From: Candidatus Nanoarchaeia archaeon
GTDB taxonomy: Archaea > Nanobdellota > Nanobdellia > SCGC-AAA011-G17 > GW2011-AR17
Direction of reading: 5' to 3'
DNA length: 64,000 nucleotides
Assembly (NCBI GenBank): GCA_028706745.1
Contig: JAQTVM010000001.1
Coordinates: 12,399-76,398, forward strand
The notes beneath the pieces are model-generated. The model searched no databases. It was not told the origin of the DNA and saw nothing but the letters and a program-made list of their open reading frames with translations. How positions within the stretch are numbered: the first letter of the stretch is position 1; every line of letters starts with the position of its first letter. The position numbers and the translations under genes are program-made. Shown in pieces: positions 39,145 through 48,607 of this stretch.

Positions 39145-41145
39145 CTACTTCATCAGTTCTATAATGCGGGGCTTGGGTTTATAGATATAGCCGTCTCTTA
39201 CTAGCTTATCAATTGCATCCTCTGCCTTAAACCTTGAAACACCTAGTTTTTCAGCCTCATCCAACACTTTCTCAATTTCCATTGATTTCTGCTCTTTGCT
39301 CATATTATAAATTAGCTCCCTGATTCCAACCACCTTTGCCCTTTCAGAAGTGGGCATTCCGCTGATTCTGTCAATGTCAATCTGCCCTGTTTCAGGGTCC
39401 TGGCCTACTTCCATAAGGCAGTATCTCTGCAGGTCAATCGCCCTTCTTGCATCCTCGACAGTTATCTTGTCAGAGAGCCTTACTTTCGCAGAAGCTTCTG
39501 CAAGCCTTACAATCCCGTCCAAATGTCTCGGAGTTATGGGAATTGGCTTTATTGCATCACCCACTGTGCCTGTATTTCTAAGCTTTACATAGAAGTTTTT
39601 AATTTCATCCCTTGCCTCGTCTGAAAGCATCGGGCGAAGCTGCTTTGCAAATGCAATGTATTTTCTCAATAGTTTTGCATCAATGTCAGGGTCAGCTCCG
39701 CTCATTATCTGGTTAAGCAAAACCTTGTTTGCAATATTTGTGTCTTTTTCTTTTTCAGGCAAATCCCTCATTACAAAAATCAGGTCAAACCTGCTAATCA
39801 AAGCAGGAGGCAGGTCAATCTGCTGCCCTATTATGCCGTAAGGGTCAAACCTTCCCAGCTTCGGGTTTGCGGCTGCAAGAACAGTTGTCTGCGCCCTTAA
39901 AGTTGCCTGAACATTTGCCTTTGCAATGCTGATTTGCTGCTGCTCAAGCGCCTCGTGCAAGGCGGCCGTGTCCTCATGCGACATCTTGTCAAGCTCGTCA
40001 ATGCAAAGCAGGCCCTTGTCAGCAAGAACCATTGCCCCTGCTTCCAAAGCCCATCCTCTCAAGAATTCATCCTTGACTACTGTGGCAGTTAGCCCTGCTC
40101 CTGAAGCGCCCTTTCCCGCTACAAACCTTGACTTAGGGGCAACTTTTGATATGAATATAATCATCTGCGACTTTGCAACCCCGGGGTCTCCGACAAGAAG
40201 TATGTGCATGTCACCCCTGATGAAAGTGCCGTCTTTCTTCTGCTTCCTTACTCCTCCAAACATCTGCAAAGCCAAAGCAAGCTTTACCATGTCATAACCG
40301 TAGATGCTCGGCGCAACAGAGGCGATGAGCTTTTGGTAAATATTTTTTTCTTTTGCAAGCTTCCTTATCTCTGTTTCCTCTTCCTTTGAGATGATTATTT
40401 CTGAAAAATCCTCCTGCAGAGGGTCAATATGATTTGCATCCATGGCAAGGTCAAACCTTGTCATTATTCCCCCCAGCTTGTGGGGTATTGGAACTTCGCG
40501 GATTATGCCTGAAACGCAAACACCGCATCCGGGAGTTGTCCTTCTTTCCATTCTTGGCTCAACAAGGTCTTCCCTTAGGAATACTGAAAGCCTTTTTGGC
40601 TGCGCATTTCCCTCCAATGTCTGCGGCGACTCTTCCAAAACAAGCCTCTGCGCATCAGTAAGCTCTTTTGAAAGAAGCCTGAATTGCCCTTTTCTTCCGC
40701 ATGAGCATCTTGACGGCTCCTTGAACTTTGAGTCAGTCTGCAGCATGGTGATTACATTGCCGCACGACGGGCATTCAAACCTTGCCGAAACAACCTCAGG
40801 TCTGACATCAGACGACTGCCTTATGATTCCTGTAATGGAAATCAGCCTTCCCAAATGCTCAGCCCTTACATTTCTTATGAAAGCCTGCTGGCTCTCTGGC
40901 AGGTTCTTGAACCTTATTCTCAGCTTAAAGCCCATTACCTTTGCAGCTTCCTCCATTGCCTTGAGCGTATTGTCAGGGTCATCCAGCAATTGTTCGGCTG
41001 CCTCTGACTTGAACTTTGCAAGCTTGAAGAAATCAACAGATATTGCCTTCTGCCCCCTTGCGGCAGCTTCCTGAAGCTCTATTATGTAATCTGATTCAAG
41101 AAAATCCTGAAAAAGTTCCACAAGGTCCCTTAGTTCTATTGGCAT
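39145..41145 (-). CDS. mcm: MCM replicative helicase
   Basis: Zn finger C-x2-C...C-x-C; Walker A GDPGVAKSQ; Walker B CIDELDKM; arginine finger SRFDL. Confidence 0.9.
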   Translation of the reverse strand: MPIELRDLVELFQDFLESDYIIELQEAAARGQKAISVDFFKLAKFKSEAAEQLLDDPDNTLKAMEEAAKVMGFKLRIRFKNLPESQQAFIRNVRAEHLGRLISITGIIRQSSDVRPEVVSARFECPSCGNVITMLQTDSKFKEPSRCSCGRKGQFRLLSKELTDAQRLVLEESPQTLEGNAQPKRLSVFLREDLVEPRMERRTTPGCGVCVSGIIREVPIPHKLGGIMTRFDLAMDANHIDPLQEDFSEIIISKEEETEIRKLAKEKNIYQKLIASVAPSIYGYDMVKLALALQMFGGVRKQKKDGTFIRGDMHILLVGDPGVAKSQMIIFISKVAPKSRFVAGKGASGAGLTATVVKDEFLRGWALEAGAMVLADKGLLCIDELDKMSHEDTAALHEALEQQQISIAKANVQATLRAQTTVLAAANPKLGRFDPYGIIGQQIDLPPALISRFDLIFVMRDLPEKEKDTNIANKVLLNQIMSGADPDIDAKLLRKYIAFAKQLRPMLSDEARDEIKNFYVKLRNTGTVGDAIKPIPITPRHLDGIVRLAEASAKVRLSDKITVEDARRAIDLQRYCLMEVGQDPETGQIDIDRISGMPTSERAKVVGIRELIYNMSKEQKSMEIEKVLDEAEKLGVSRFKAEDAIDKLVRDGYIYKPKPRIIELMK

Positions 41146-41259
41146 TTTTTTCCTTTTGGAGTATTAGCTGCTGATTCTATATTAAATGTAATCACTCCTT
41201 TCTTACTCACCCGAAAAGTGTTTTGTTTTGGTGTATTATAAAGCTTTTGGCTGATTTTT

Positions 41260-41281
41260 TGAAAATCCTTCGGGATTTTCA
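41260..41281. other. perfect hairpin TGAAAATCC-TTCG-GGATTTTCA downstream of tbp
   Basis: seen directly; between the tbp stop and the mcm start. Confidence 0.5.
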
Positions 41282-41318
41282 GAAAAATTGAAAAAATAAA
41301 AAATAAGGCAATTCGCCT

Positions 41319-41867
41319 TTACTTGTATCCCTTCTTTGCCAGGTTCACGACAAGCATGTCAACAGCCTCGTTAAGCTTTGATTCGCTGCGCGTGCCTGTG
41401 CATACTATCTTTCCGTTGCTGAACAATAGGAATGTGGCCCTTGTTCCCGGAAGCTTGTAAACAAGCCCTGGAAACTGCTCAGGCTCATATTCTGTGTTTT
41501 CCATGTCAATTGCAAGGGAGTTCAGGTTAAGGTCAATGTTTATGCTTCCTGAAGCAACCATGTTCTGCACAATCGCCTTTGGCTTGATTTTAATCTTAAT
41601 CTTTATTTTTTCAACATTTTTTATGATATTCAAAATAGCTTCATTGACTTTCTTCATTGACTTTGCGCCTGTGCACACGATTCTTCCTGAGCTGAATATC
41701 AGTGCAGAAGTCTTTGGCTCTTTTATCCTCATTACAAGCCCGGGAAACTGCTCGGGATTGTATTCTGTGTTTGGCAAAGCCTCAGCCAGCTTTACAAGCG
41801 GAATAGGCTGCTCAAGGCTGGTTGTCGCAACAATGTTCTGGATTTTTATTTCCTTTTTTACCGGCAT
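41319..41867 (-). CDS. tbp: TATA-box binding protein
   Basis: Two imperfect repeats; IQNIVATTSL...FPGLVMRIKEP / VQNMVASGSI...FPGLVYKLPG. Confidence 0.9.
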   Translation of the reverse strand: MPVKKEIKIQNIVATTSLEQPIPLVKLAEALPNTEYNPEQFPGLVMRIKEPKTSALIFSSGRIVCTGAKSMKKVNEAILNIIKNVEKIKIKIKIKPKAIVQNMVASGSINIDLNLNSLAIDMENTEYEPEQFPGLVYKLPGTRATFLLFSNGKIVCTGTRSESKLNEAVDMLVVNLAKKGYK

Positions 41868-41940
41868 TTTAGTCCCTCCAAAACACCCAAGGTATCCTCG
41901 GATGATTTATAAATGGTATAGAGAGGTAGATATATAGGGG

Positions 41941-41968
41941 GGTTTATAAAGGTAATGGTTTATAAAGG
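41941..41968. promoter_or_regulatory. tandem GGTTTATAAAGG (x2) TATA-like elements upstream of tbp
   Basis: 12-bp direct repeat with 4-bp spacer, plus a third TTTATAAAT at 41905, all within 100 bp of the tbp start. Confidence 0.4.
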
Positions 41969-41986
41969 CATTTATGCCGGAAAATT

Positions 41987-44872
41987 TTAAGCCTGCTTCA
42001 ATCCTATCTTGAAGCTCCTGCCCTTAATCTTCTCTTCCTTTGTCTTCTCAAAGCCCTTGTCTTCAAAGAATATGTTCTTGGCTCCTACTTTTGCCTTAAT
42101 AATTTTTTCTAATTTCTTCAAATCAACATCTGAAACAATGGATAATTCAATCATATCATCCTTCTTCAAGCCGGATTCCTTCCTCAGCTGCTGAACCCTT
42201 CTCATTATTTCCCTTGAAAATCCCTCTGCCTCAAGCTCAGGCGTCAAGGCAGTGTCAATAAGCACTGTTCCATTCCTGCATTCAGCCGCGAATATTGACT
42301 TTCCTTCAGCCTTTCCTGCCTTTACTTCTTTCACATTAACCTGCCCCATAATCAGTTCCTTAAGATGCACAACAGCCTCTTTCAATTCCTTGTCCTCTGT
42401 TGAAACATATGCGGCGGGCAAAGGCCACCTTACTCCAATCTGCGCCTTCTCCCTGGCAGAAAGCATTGCCTGTATTACCATCTGCGCATCAGCCATCTGC
42501 TTTTCCAGCTTTGCGTCAAGCATTTTCTCATCGTGCTTTGTCCATAAGCAGTGAGTTATGCTCTCTTCCTTCAATGCAAATGCTTCCTTCAAGTTCAAGT
42601 AAATCTTCTCAGATATGAAAGGCGCAACAGTTGAAAGCATCTTCAATAATTCAAAAAGCACATTGTATATTGTGTAAAGCACGGGCTCAGGCTCATTGTT
42701 TGCTTTTTCCCTTGTAAGCTGTATGTAAACCCTGCTTAATTCCAAAAACAAGGATTCAATCTTTTTAGGCACCTTGTCAATCTCATAGGATTCGTATGCT
42801 TCGCTTACCTCTTTTATTGTCCTGTGCAGTCTTGAAAACATGAACTTTTCTTCAATTGAAAGCTTTGGCTTTTTCATTGTTGAGGGATTAATGCCTGCGC
42901 TCTTGGCATATTCAATCAAATAGTTTTGCACATTCCATAAAATAGTCAGGTTCCTGTAGCACTGCCCTGCCATTTCCCACGAGAAGTTTATGTCCTCCCC
43001 TGCAGGAGTTGAGCAAAGGTAATACCTTAGTGTATCTGCTCCGTGCTTGTCAATCAGTTCGTAAGGAGAAATGACATTTCCCAGTGATTTTGACATCTTC
43101 TGCCCCTCTATGTCAGTAAGCATTCCGTGCATATATACTGCGTTAAAGCAGGGCTTGTCAAATGCAATCATTGAAGCAACCATCAAAAGGTTAAACCATC
43201 CCCTTACCTGCTCCTTTGCCTCTAATATGAAGTCAGCAGGGAAATACCTGTCAAACAGGTCCTTTCTTTTTGGATAATATAAGCAGTTCCACGAAGCGCT
43301 TCCCGCATCAACCCACACATCTATGATGTCAGGCAGGCGTTTCATTTCACCGCCGCATTTGCATGGAATTACTGTCTCATCAATCCACGGCTTGTGAAGT
43401 GACTCAGGAATATTCTTTGCTTTAAGCTTTTTCAGCTCATCAATGCTTTCAACAACAACATATTCATTGCACTTTTCGCATCTCCATATTGGAACGGGGG
43501 TGCCCCAGAATCTCTGTTTTGTGATTGAATTGTCCCTCAAATGATTAAGCCACGAGTCAAACGCGTTCTTTCCTGCTTCAGGCACCCAGTGCACTTTCGA
43601 GTTTGCCTTTATCATTTTTTCTTTCAAATCCTCAACCTTGAAGAACCACTGCTTCGTTGTCCTGAAAACAACAGGCTCGTGGCATCTTTCGCAGTGCGCA
43701 TAATCGTGCTCAACAGGCACTTCTGCAACAAGTATCTTGTAATCCTTCAAAGCATCGATGAATTTCCTGTCATCTGTCTTTGCCTTTAACCCTGAGAACC
43801 AGCCCATGCTTGAAGGGAAAATGCCGTACTGGTCAATGTTGTTGAAAGGCGGAACATTATTCTTGTACCCTACTTCATAGTCTTCAGGACCGCAGCCCGG
43901 CGCGCAATGGACCAGCCCAGAGCCTGCATCCAAGGAAACATAATCAGCTGACAATAATACAGTGTGAACTTTCGGATGCTTTTTCTTTAATTCTGCAAAA
44001 TCCTTGATCTGGTCGCTCCACGGATGCTCATACTCCATCCCTTCCAGCTTTTCTCCCTTGAATTCCTCAAGAACCTTCAACGGCTTTCCGACAACAGCCT
44101 GCATAACAGCTCCTGCCAATCCTTTTGCCATAATCCATTTCTCGCCGTCTCCTGCATCAACCTTAACATAATCAAGTTCGGGATTTGCCATTATTGCAAG
44201 ATTGAAAGCAATTGTCCAAGGGGTTGTTGTCCAGATTAGAAAAAATTCGTTCTTCTTTCCCTTTATCGGAAATTTCACGAATATTGAAGGCTCTTCCCTT
44301 TCCTTGTACTGGCATTCGTGCTTTGCAAGCGCTGTTCCGCAGCTTGCGCACCATGTGATTGTCCTTAAGCCTTCATACAATCTCTTCTTCTCGTGCGCCT
44401 TCTTAATCAGCCACCATATTCCCTCAATATATTCGTTCTTGATTGGCCAGTAAGCATTATCATAATCCATCCAGATGCCTAATCTCCATAGGTCAGTGTC
44501 CATCATCTTTGCCTTTTCAGACGAGAATTTGATGCATTCCTTTGCAAATCTGTCAAGTCCGAAATCAACAATGTCCTCTTTTGTCTTCAGGTTAAACTCA
44601 GCCTGCACCTTGTGCTCTGTTGGCAAACCGTGCATGTCATAGCCTGCCCTGTCCCAGACATCCAAGCCCTGAGCTCTTTTGTATCTTAAGACAAAATCTT
44701 TCAGTGAATTGTTCCACGCATGCCCCATGTGCAATCTGCCGCTTGTATAAGGCGGGCCCTGGAGGAAATAGAACTTCTTCTTGCCTTCTGCCCTTTTCTT
44801 CAGCTTGGGGTAAATCTTGTGCTCTTCCCAGTATTTGAGCACTTCCTGTTCAACTGCTTTGAAGTCATACAT
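41987..44872 (-). CDS. ileS: isoleucyl-tRNA synthetase
   Basis: HMGH, KMSKS, WTTTPWT (IleRS CP1 editing signature); 961 aa. Confidence 0.85.
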   Translation of the reverse strand: MYDFKAVEQEVLKYWEEHKIYPKLKKRAEGKKKFYFLQGPPYTSGRLHMGHAWNNSLKDFVLRYKRAQGLDVWDRAGYDMHGLPTEHKVQAEFNLKTKEDIVDFGLDRFAKECIKFSSEKAKMMDTDLWRLGIWMDYDNAYWPIKNEYIEGIWWLIKKAHEKKRLYEGLRTITWCASCGTALAKHECQYKEREEPSIFVKFPIKGKKNEFFLIWTTTPWTIAFNLAIMANPELDYVKVDAGDGEKWIMAKGLAGAVMQAVVGKPLKVLEEFKGEKLEGMEYEHPWSDQIKDFAELKKKHPKVHTVLLSADYVSLDAGSGLVHCAPGCGPEDYEVGYKNNVPPFNNIDQYGIFPSSMGWFSGLKAKTDDRKFIDALKDYKILVAEVPVEHDYAHCERCHEPVVFRTTKQWFFKVEDLKEKMIKANSKVHWVPEAGKNAFDSWLNHLRDNSITKQRFWGTPVPIWRCEKCNEYVVVESIDELKKLKAKNIPESLHKPWIDETVIPCKCGGEMKRLPDIIDVWVDAGSASWNCLYYPKRKDLFDRYFPADFILEAKEQVRGWFNLLMVASMIAFDKPCFNAVYMHGMLTDIEGQKMSKSLGNVISPYELIDKHGADTLRYYLCSTPAGEDINFSWEMAGQCYRNLTILWNVQNYLIEYAKSAGINPSTMKKPKLSIEEKFMFSRLHRTIKEVSEAYESYEIDKVPKKIESLFLELSRVYIQLTREKANNEPEPVLYTIYNVLFELLKMLSTVAPFISEKIYLNLKEAFALKEESITHCLWTKHDEKMLDAKLEKQMADAQMVIQAMLSAREKAQIGVRWPLPAAYVSTEDKELKEAVVHLKELIMGQVNVKEVKAGKAEGKSIFAAECRNGTVLIDTALTPELEAEGFSREIMRRVQQLRKESGLKKDDMIELSIVSDVDLKKLEKIIKAKVGAKNIFFEDKGFEKTKEEKIKGRSFKIGLKQA

Positions 44873-44993
44873 GATGGATATGGTATTCTACGGCTTTATA
44901 TATAAAGGTTTCTGCAAGTCGCAACGAGCAGGAACTTTCGAACGCAGTGAGAAATCTTTTGGCAAATTGACGGCGGAAAAAGGAGGCAAAAAT

Positions 44994-45323
44994 TTACTGT
45001 CTTAAGCCGGCCAGCTTTGAAACAAGCTCATTGAAAACAACCTGCTTTTTTTCTTTTGGCAAAGAAAACAATATTTTCTGAACCATTGCCTCTGATATTG
45101 TAAAGATGTAATTAAGCTTGATTATGCTGTCTTTTACAGCGCCTTCTTTCCTTGAAAGCGCAATCCCTTCCATTGAAGTGTTGGATGTTATCCCTGCAAC
45201 AGCCACATTGCCGTGCTCCTCAAATAATACAAGAGCAGGCCGCTTTTTAACTTCAAAAGTGTCCGCAAATTGGACAGAGGCAAGCACCACATCTCCCGCC
45301 TTAAGCATTCTCCCACACCTCAT
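44994..45323 (-). CDS. MazF/PemK-family toxin
   Basis: GDVVLASVQF...KKRPALVL...VAGITSN pattern of the CcdB/MazF fold. Confidence 0.55.
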   Translation of the reverse strand: MRCGRMLKAGDVVLASVQFADTFEVKKRPALVLFEEHGNVAVAGITSNTSMEGIALSRKEGAVKDSIIKLNYIFTISEAMVQKILFSLPKEKKQVVFNELVSKLAGLRQ

Positions 45324-45522
45324 CTTCCTTGTTGTCCCAAAGCTCTTTCATCTTTTGCTGTTGTATCTTGTGCAGGAATTCATCGTATTGGTTTCTTTTC
45401 TTTACGCTATGGAATACCTTTATCATATGCTCAATCAGCTCGGCATAAGTCTGCCTTGGATATTCCTTCAGCTCCTGCATTGCCTTAACAAGCGCCTTGT
45501 CTATCTGTATTGTCGTGTTCAT
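45301..45522 (-). CDS. ribbon-helix-helix antitoxin (partner of MazF-like toxin)
   Basis: Internal Met start MNTTIQIDKALVKAMQEL; 23-nt overlap with the toxin gene. Confidence 0.45.
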   Translation of the reverse strand: MNTTIQIDKALVKAMQELKEYPRQTYAELIEHMIKVFHSVKKRNQYDEFLHKIQQQKMKELWDNKEDEVWENA

Positions 45523-45600
45523 TATATATTCACTATAGTTGGCATATAATCTATTATATATAAGCCTTGCGGATGTTTTGGTTTTGACTATATTTTCCAT

Positions 45601-46434
45601 TCAGGCGCACCCCTCTTTCCTTAAGCCGTCATAAGGGCTTTTAACCGAAATAAAGGCAGAAGGGCACATGTGCACATAAACCATTGTTGTTTCCGCACTG
45701 CTGTGCCCCATCAGGGGCTGGACAGCTGAAACACTGTATCCATTTTCAATCAAATGAGTTGCAAAAGAATGCCTTAATGAATGCGGATGAACCTTCTTCT
45801 TAATGCCTGCCTTTCTTGCAGCATCCCTTACAGTCTCCTGCACGCTCCTCGGATGAAGCGGAAAGCCATTTCTTCCTGCAAACAGCCAATCCTCTCCTGC
45901 ATCACAAACAGCCTTTTTCAGCCTTTCACGCAGGCACTCTGCTATAATAAAAGGCCTGTCCTTGTTTCCCTTTCCGTGCCTTACCCATCCAATGCATCTC
46001 TCAAATTCAAAATCAATAGTTCTTAGGTTAAGAGCCTCGCTTACCCTTAATCCTGCAGAATACAACAACTCAAGAATAAGCCTGTGCTTTTCATTATCAA
46101 CAGCAGAAAAAAGTCGAAGCACCTCATCTTTTGTAAGGAATACAGGCAGCGTTTTCGGCACCTTTGAATACTTAATCCGCCAAGTGACTCTTTTGTGCAA
46201 AACCTCTTCCATCAGGAACTTCAGCGCATTCACGTGCACGTTCAGCGTATTGCCGCACTTATTCTCCGCAACAAGCACGTCGATATAATCCCTAACATCC
46301 TTTGACGTAACGCGCATGAATTCCTTAGGGCAAAAGCGCATGAACTGCCTGACACACTGTATATAAGTAAGGATTGTCTTTCGGCTTAGCCCTCTTCTAA
46401 GCATCTCTTTTTGCATGTTGTAGATAGCGTCCAT
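45601..46434 (-). CDS. tyrosine recombinase, XerC/XerD/XerA-like, without IntI-specific insertion
   Basis: C-terminal HPHSLRHSFATHLIENGYSVSAVQPLMGHSSAETTMVYVHM (R..HxxR...Y). Only ~55 aa lie between the KGNKDR and LRHSF boxes, versus ~100 aa in IntI. Start taken at MDAIYNM (46434). Transcribed away from the cassette array. Confidence 0.8.
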   Translation of the reverse strand: MDAIYNMQKEMLRRGLSRKTILTYIQCVRQFMRFCPKEFMRVTSKDVRDYIDVLVAENKCGNTLNVHVNALKFLMEEVLHKRVTWRIKYSKVPKTLPVFLTKDEVLRLFSAVDNEKHRLILELLYSAGLRVSEALNLRTIDFEFERCIGWVRHGKGNKDRPFIIAECLRERLKKAVCDAGEDWLFAGRNGFPLHPRSVQETVRDAARKAGIKKKVHPHSLRHSFATHLIENGYSVSAVQPLMGHSSAETTMVYVHMCPSAFISVKSPYDGLRKEGCA

Positions 46435-46469
46435 ATAAAGGAGGCAAGAAGCTCGTCCCTTAAAAAATC

Positions 46470-46620
46470 TTCGCACAAAATTCCGCAGGATTTCCGGCAA
46501 CCCTTGGAAAACCCACCAAGCCAGTCGAAAATTATATGCAAAAATAGGCAAAAGACACAAAAATTTACAACATCGCCGAAAGCACTTTTTGAGAACCCTC
46601 GTCAAAGCTGGCTAACTAAA
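46470..46620. repeat. ~140-bp noncoding element, copy 2, in the attI-like region between recombinase and first cassette
   Basis: see copy 1 at 38092..38228. Confidence 0.7.
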
Positions 46621-46705
46621 ACGTGACGACAAAAAATCAAACAATGGCTCTACCAAAAGCCGCCTGAAACCCGCAAAAAGAATGAATTCCTGTGTCTTCT
46701 CGCAT

Positions 46706-46736
46706 ATAGACTGTTAGGCAACATTTGGGTTTGGGC
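46706..46736. repeat. attI-like junction: unique left half (CATATAGACT) plus conserved right half GTTAGGCAACATTT plus left inverted repeat of cassette 1
   Basis: GTTAGGCAACATTTGGG is identical to the start of cassette 4; the left side is unrelated to the attC-like left half. Confidence 0.55.
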
Positions 46737-46748
46737 TAAAAACACTTC

Positions 46749-46979
46749 TTAGAATTTTGCATATAATGGTTCTTTGGGAATTTTTATCATGTAACTATGT
46801 TTACCAACAATTATAATTCCTTCTTCTAAGCCCCATTCAAATAAGTCTTGAGGATTAAACTCAGGAGGAACTCCACCCCTATAAGGTCTAGCCATTAAAC
46901 CTTCTATTCCCTTTCTTAATGCGATAGGCTCAAAAATATGTCCGTCTATTTCTGAAAAAAATTTGTATATATCAAACAT
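46749..46979 (-). CDS. cassette 1 ORF, hypothetical 76 aa
   Basis: Bracketed by the inverted repeats TTTGGGTTTGGGC (46724-46736) and GCCCAAACCCAAA (47038-47050). Confidence 0.35.
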   Translation of the reverse strand: MFDIYKFFSEIDGHIFEPIALRKGIEGLMARPYRGGVPPEFNPQDLFEWGLEEGIIIVGKHSYMIKIPKEPLYAKF

Positions 46980-47037
46980 TTTTTACTCCTATTCATTGTT
47001 AATATTATACCCCTATATAAGTATTATGGTTTTAAAC

Positions 47038-47162
47038 GCCCAAACCCAAACGCTGCGCCCCTGCGGGGGCTTGCCCGACCAGCTCTGGAGCTTGCTGTGA
47101 GGCTCACTTCGCTCGCACTCCAGCTGCGCTCCGAGGGTCGGGTCGCCTAACAGTCGTTAGGC
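47038..47162. repeat. attC-like site 1: cassette IR plus GC-rich module plus palindromic core GCCTAACAGTCGTTAGGC (47145-47162)
   Basis: about 70% GC in a <40% GC genome; conserved blocks AAACGCTGCGCCCCTGCGGGGGCTTGCCCG ... CGAGGGTCGGGTCGCCTAACAGTCGTTAGGCA. Confidence 0.7.
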
Positions 47163-47233
47163 ACAATTTGAGTTGGGACTTCCCCACCGACAAAAGCAAT
47201 ACATTTATATATTTCTAGCAATTTACAAAGGAT

Positions 47234-47566
47234 ATGGTTAGAAAAATATTAAGAAAAACAATAGAAGATTTACCTGTTTGGAAAATAAAATATGGATTAA
47301 CAAGAGGCGATCTAATTCTTATTCATGAATTAGCATTAATCACATTTAAACCTAATGTATTAAATAACTATTTTAAACAAGAGATGGGTGGGGTTCTTGG
47401 TCGTAATCAAGATTGCTCCATTATTTACTTTGCTCGCAATCTCCTTTTAGAAAAGGGTTTGCCACATGCTTTTGTCGGAATGAAATCTGATATGGATGGA
47501 GAAGATTATAAGTTAATACCTGTATCAGATATAGAATCTTACGAAACTCTTAAATTAAAACCTTAA
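47234..47566 (+). CDS. cassette 2 ORF, hypothetical 110 aa
   Basis: Bracketed by TTTGAGTTGGGAC (47167-47179) and GTCCCAACTCAAA (47579-47591). Confidence 0.35.
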   Translation: MVRKILRKTIEDLPVWKIKYGLTRGDLILIHELALITFKPNVLNNYFKQEMGGVLGRNQDCSIIYFARNLLLEKGLPHAFVGMKSDMDGEDYKLIPVSDIESYETLKLKP

Positions 47567-47578
47567 TTGTATATATTC

Positions 47579-47714
47579 GTCCCAACTCAAACTTCTCCGC
47601 TCCTCGCCTGCGGGCTGCGGTGCTCGACCTGCGCAGCTCTGGGCTCGTCAGGAGTGCTCGCTGTCGCTCGCCTCGACTTCGCCCGAGGCGCAGGGTGCCT
47701 AACAGTCGTTAGGC
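47579..47714. repeat. attC-like site 2 (divergent GC-rich module plus core 47697-47714)
   Basis: Same terminal GCCTAACAGTCGTTAGGCAACATT; the GC-rich body is more diverged than at sites 1, 3 and 4. Confidence 0.65.
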
Positions 47715-47766
47715 AACATTTTCCAAAAAGTCCGAAAACACAAAAAGGGAAAGGAAAAAGAATTAT

Positions 47767-48075
47767 CTAAATTCTAGCAGCAACCAAGGGATTATAATAA
47801 TAATCAAACACTAACATAACTGGGGATTTGTTATATATTTTCACTAATTGCCAACCACACTCTTGTTTAGAGGTATGTTTATATTGTTCAAGTACCTTAC
47901 TAAGAGTTCTAATATTTATATCATTTCCAAAAGTTATAGTAGCATGACAAGAAGTTTCATCAGAAGTATAATTATATTCCTTCTCCAATCTCAAAGCTTT
48001 ATTTAATGCTTTACGGATCTTTTGTTCAAGATTTTGATTTGGTGTTGTCTTATCTACTCTTAATTTTATATCCAT
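47767..48075 (-). CDS. cassette 3 ORF, hypothetical 102 aa
   Basis: Bracketed by ATTTTCCAAAAAGTCCG (47718-47734) and CGGACTTTTGGAAAAC (48193-48208). Confidence 0.35.
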   Translation of the reverse strand: MDIKLRVDKTTPNQNLEQKIRKALNKALRLEKEYNYTSDETSCHATITFGNDINIRTLSKVLEQYKHTSKQECGWQLVKIYNKSPVMLVFDYYYNPLVAARI

Positions 48076-48192
48076 TTTTACCCCCTACAATGTTGTTATT
48101 TAAGAGATATGACAAATATATAAGCCTTTCGGTGAGAGGTTATTTATTCCTTTCCCTCATTAACCTATCATTAAAGGGCTTCGCCCCGTTAG

Positions 48193-48313
48193 CGGACTTT
48201 TGGAAAACGCTGCGCCCTGCGGGGCTTGCCCGCTCATCCTCGAACTCGCCATGATGGCTCGCTCCGCTCGCCTCGGCTCGTTCGGGGAGCGGGTCGCCTA
48301 ACAGTCGTTAGGC
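48193..48313. repeat. attC-like site 3 (GC-rich module plus core 48296-48313)
   Basis: see site 1. Confidence 0.7.
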
Positions 48314-48332
48314 AACATTTGGGAACCGAAAC

Positions 48333-48560
48333 TCAGTCCCTTAAAGGCAATTTTCCACATATTTCATCAAAGTGTGTAACCTTGATATCATATAGAGAAT
48401 AAGTAGAATATTTTGTACCAAAGTTATCATTTATTGCATTTATTGCCAATGTGTAGGCTACTACTTTATCTTCATTAGGTTTTCCAAATCCATTTAATTC
48501 ATGTAATACCATATGTTGTAGCGATTTTACGACTTTGTCTAAAGAAGTTTGTTCTGTCAT
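48333..48560 (-). CDS. cassette 4 ORF, hypothetical 75 aa
   Basis: Bracketed by TTTGGGAACCGAAA (48318-48331) and TTTCGGTTCCCAAAC (48608-48622). Confidence 0.35.
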   Translation of the reverse strand: MTEQTSLDKVVKSLQHMVLHELNGFGKPNEDKVVAYTLAINAINDNFGTKYSTYSLYDIKVTHFDEICGKLPLRD

Positions 48561-48607
48561 TATAATACCACCTCAATAGGAAAGAATTATCTTTCAGTTT
48601 TTATAGC

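Noticed and set aside
45601-46605. Longer 334-aa form of the recombinase ORF starting at 46605
   Set aside because: The extra N-terminal 57 aa are Cys/Phe-rich and overlap the conserved 140-bp noncoding element. The Xer core-binding domain begins at MDAIYNM (46434).
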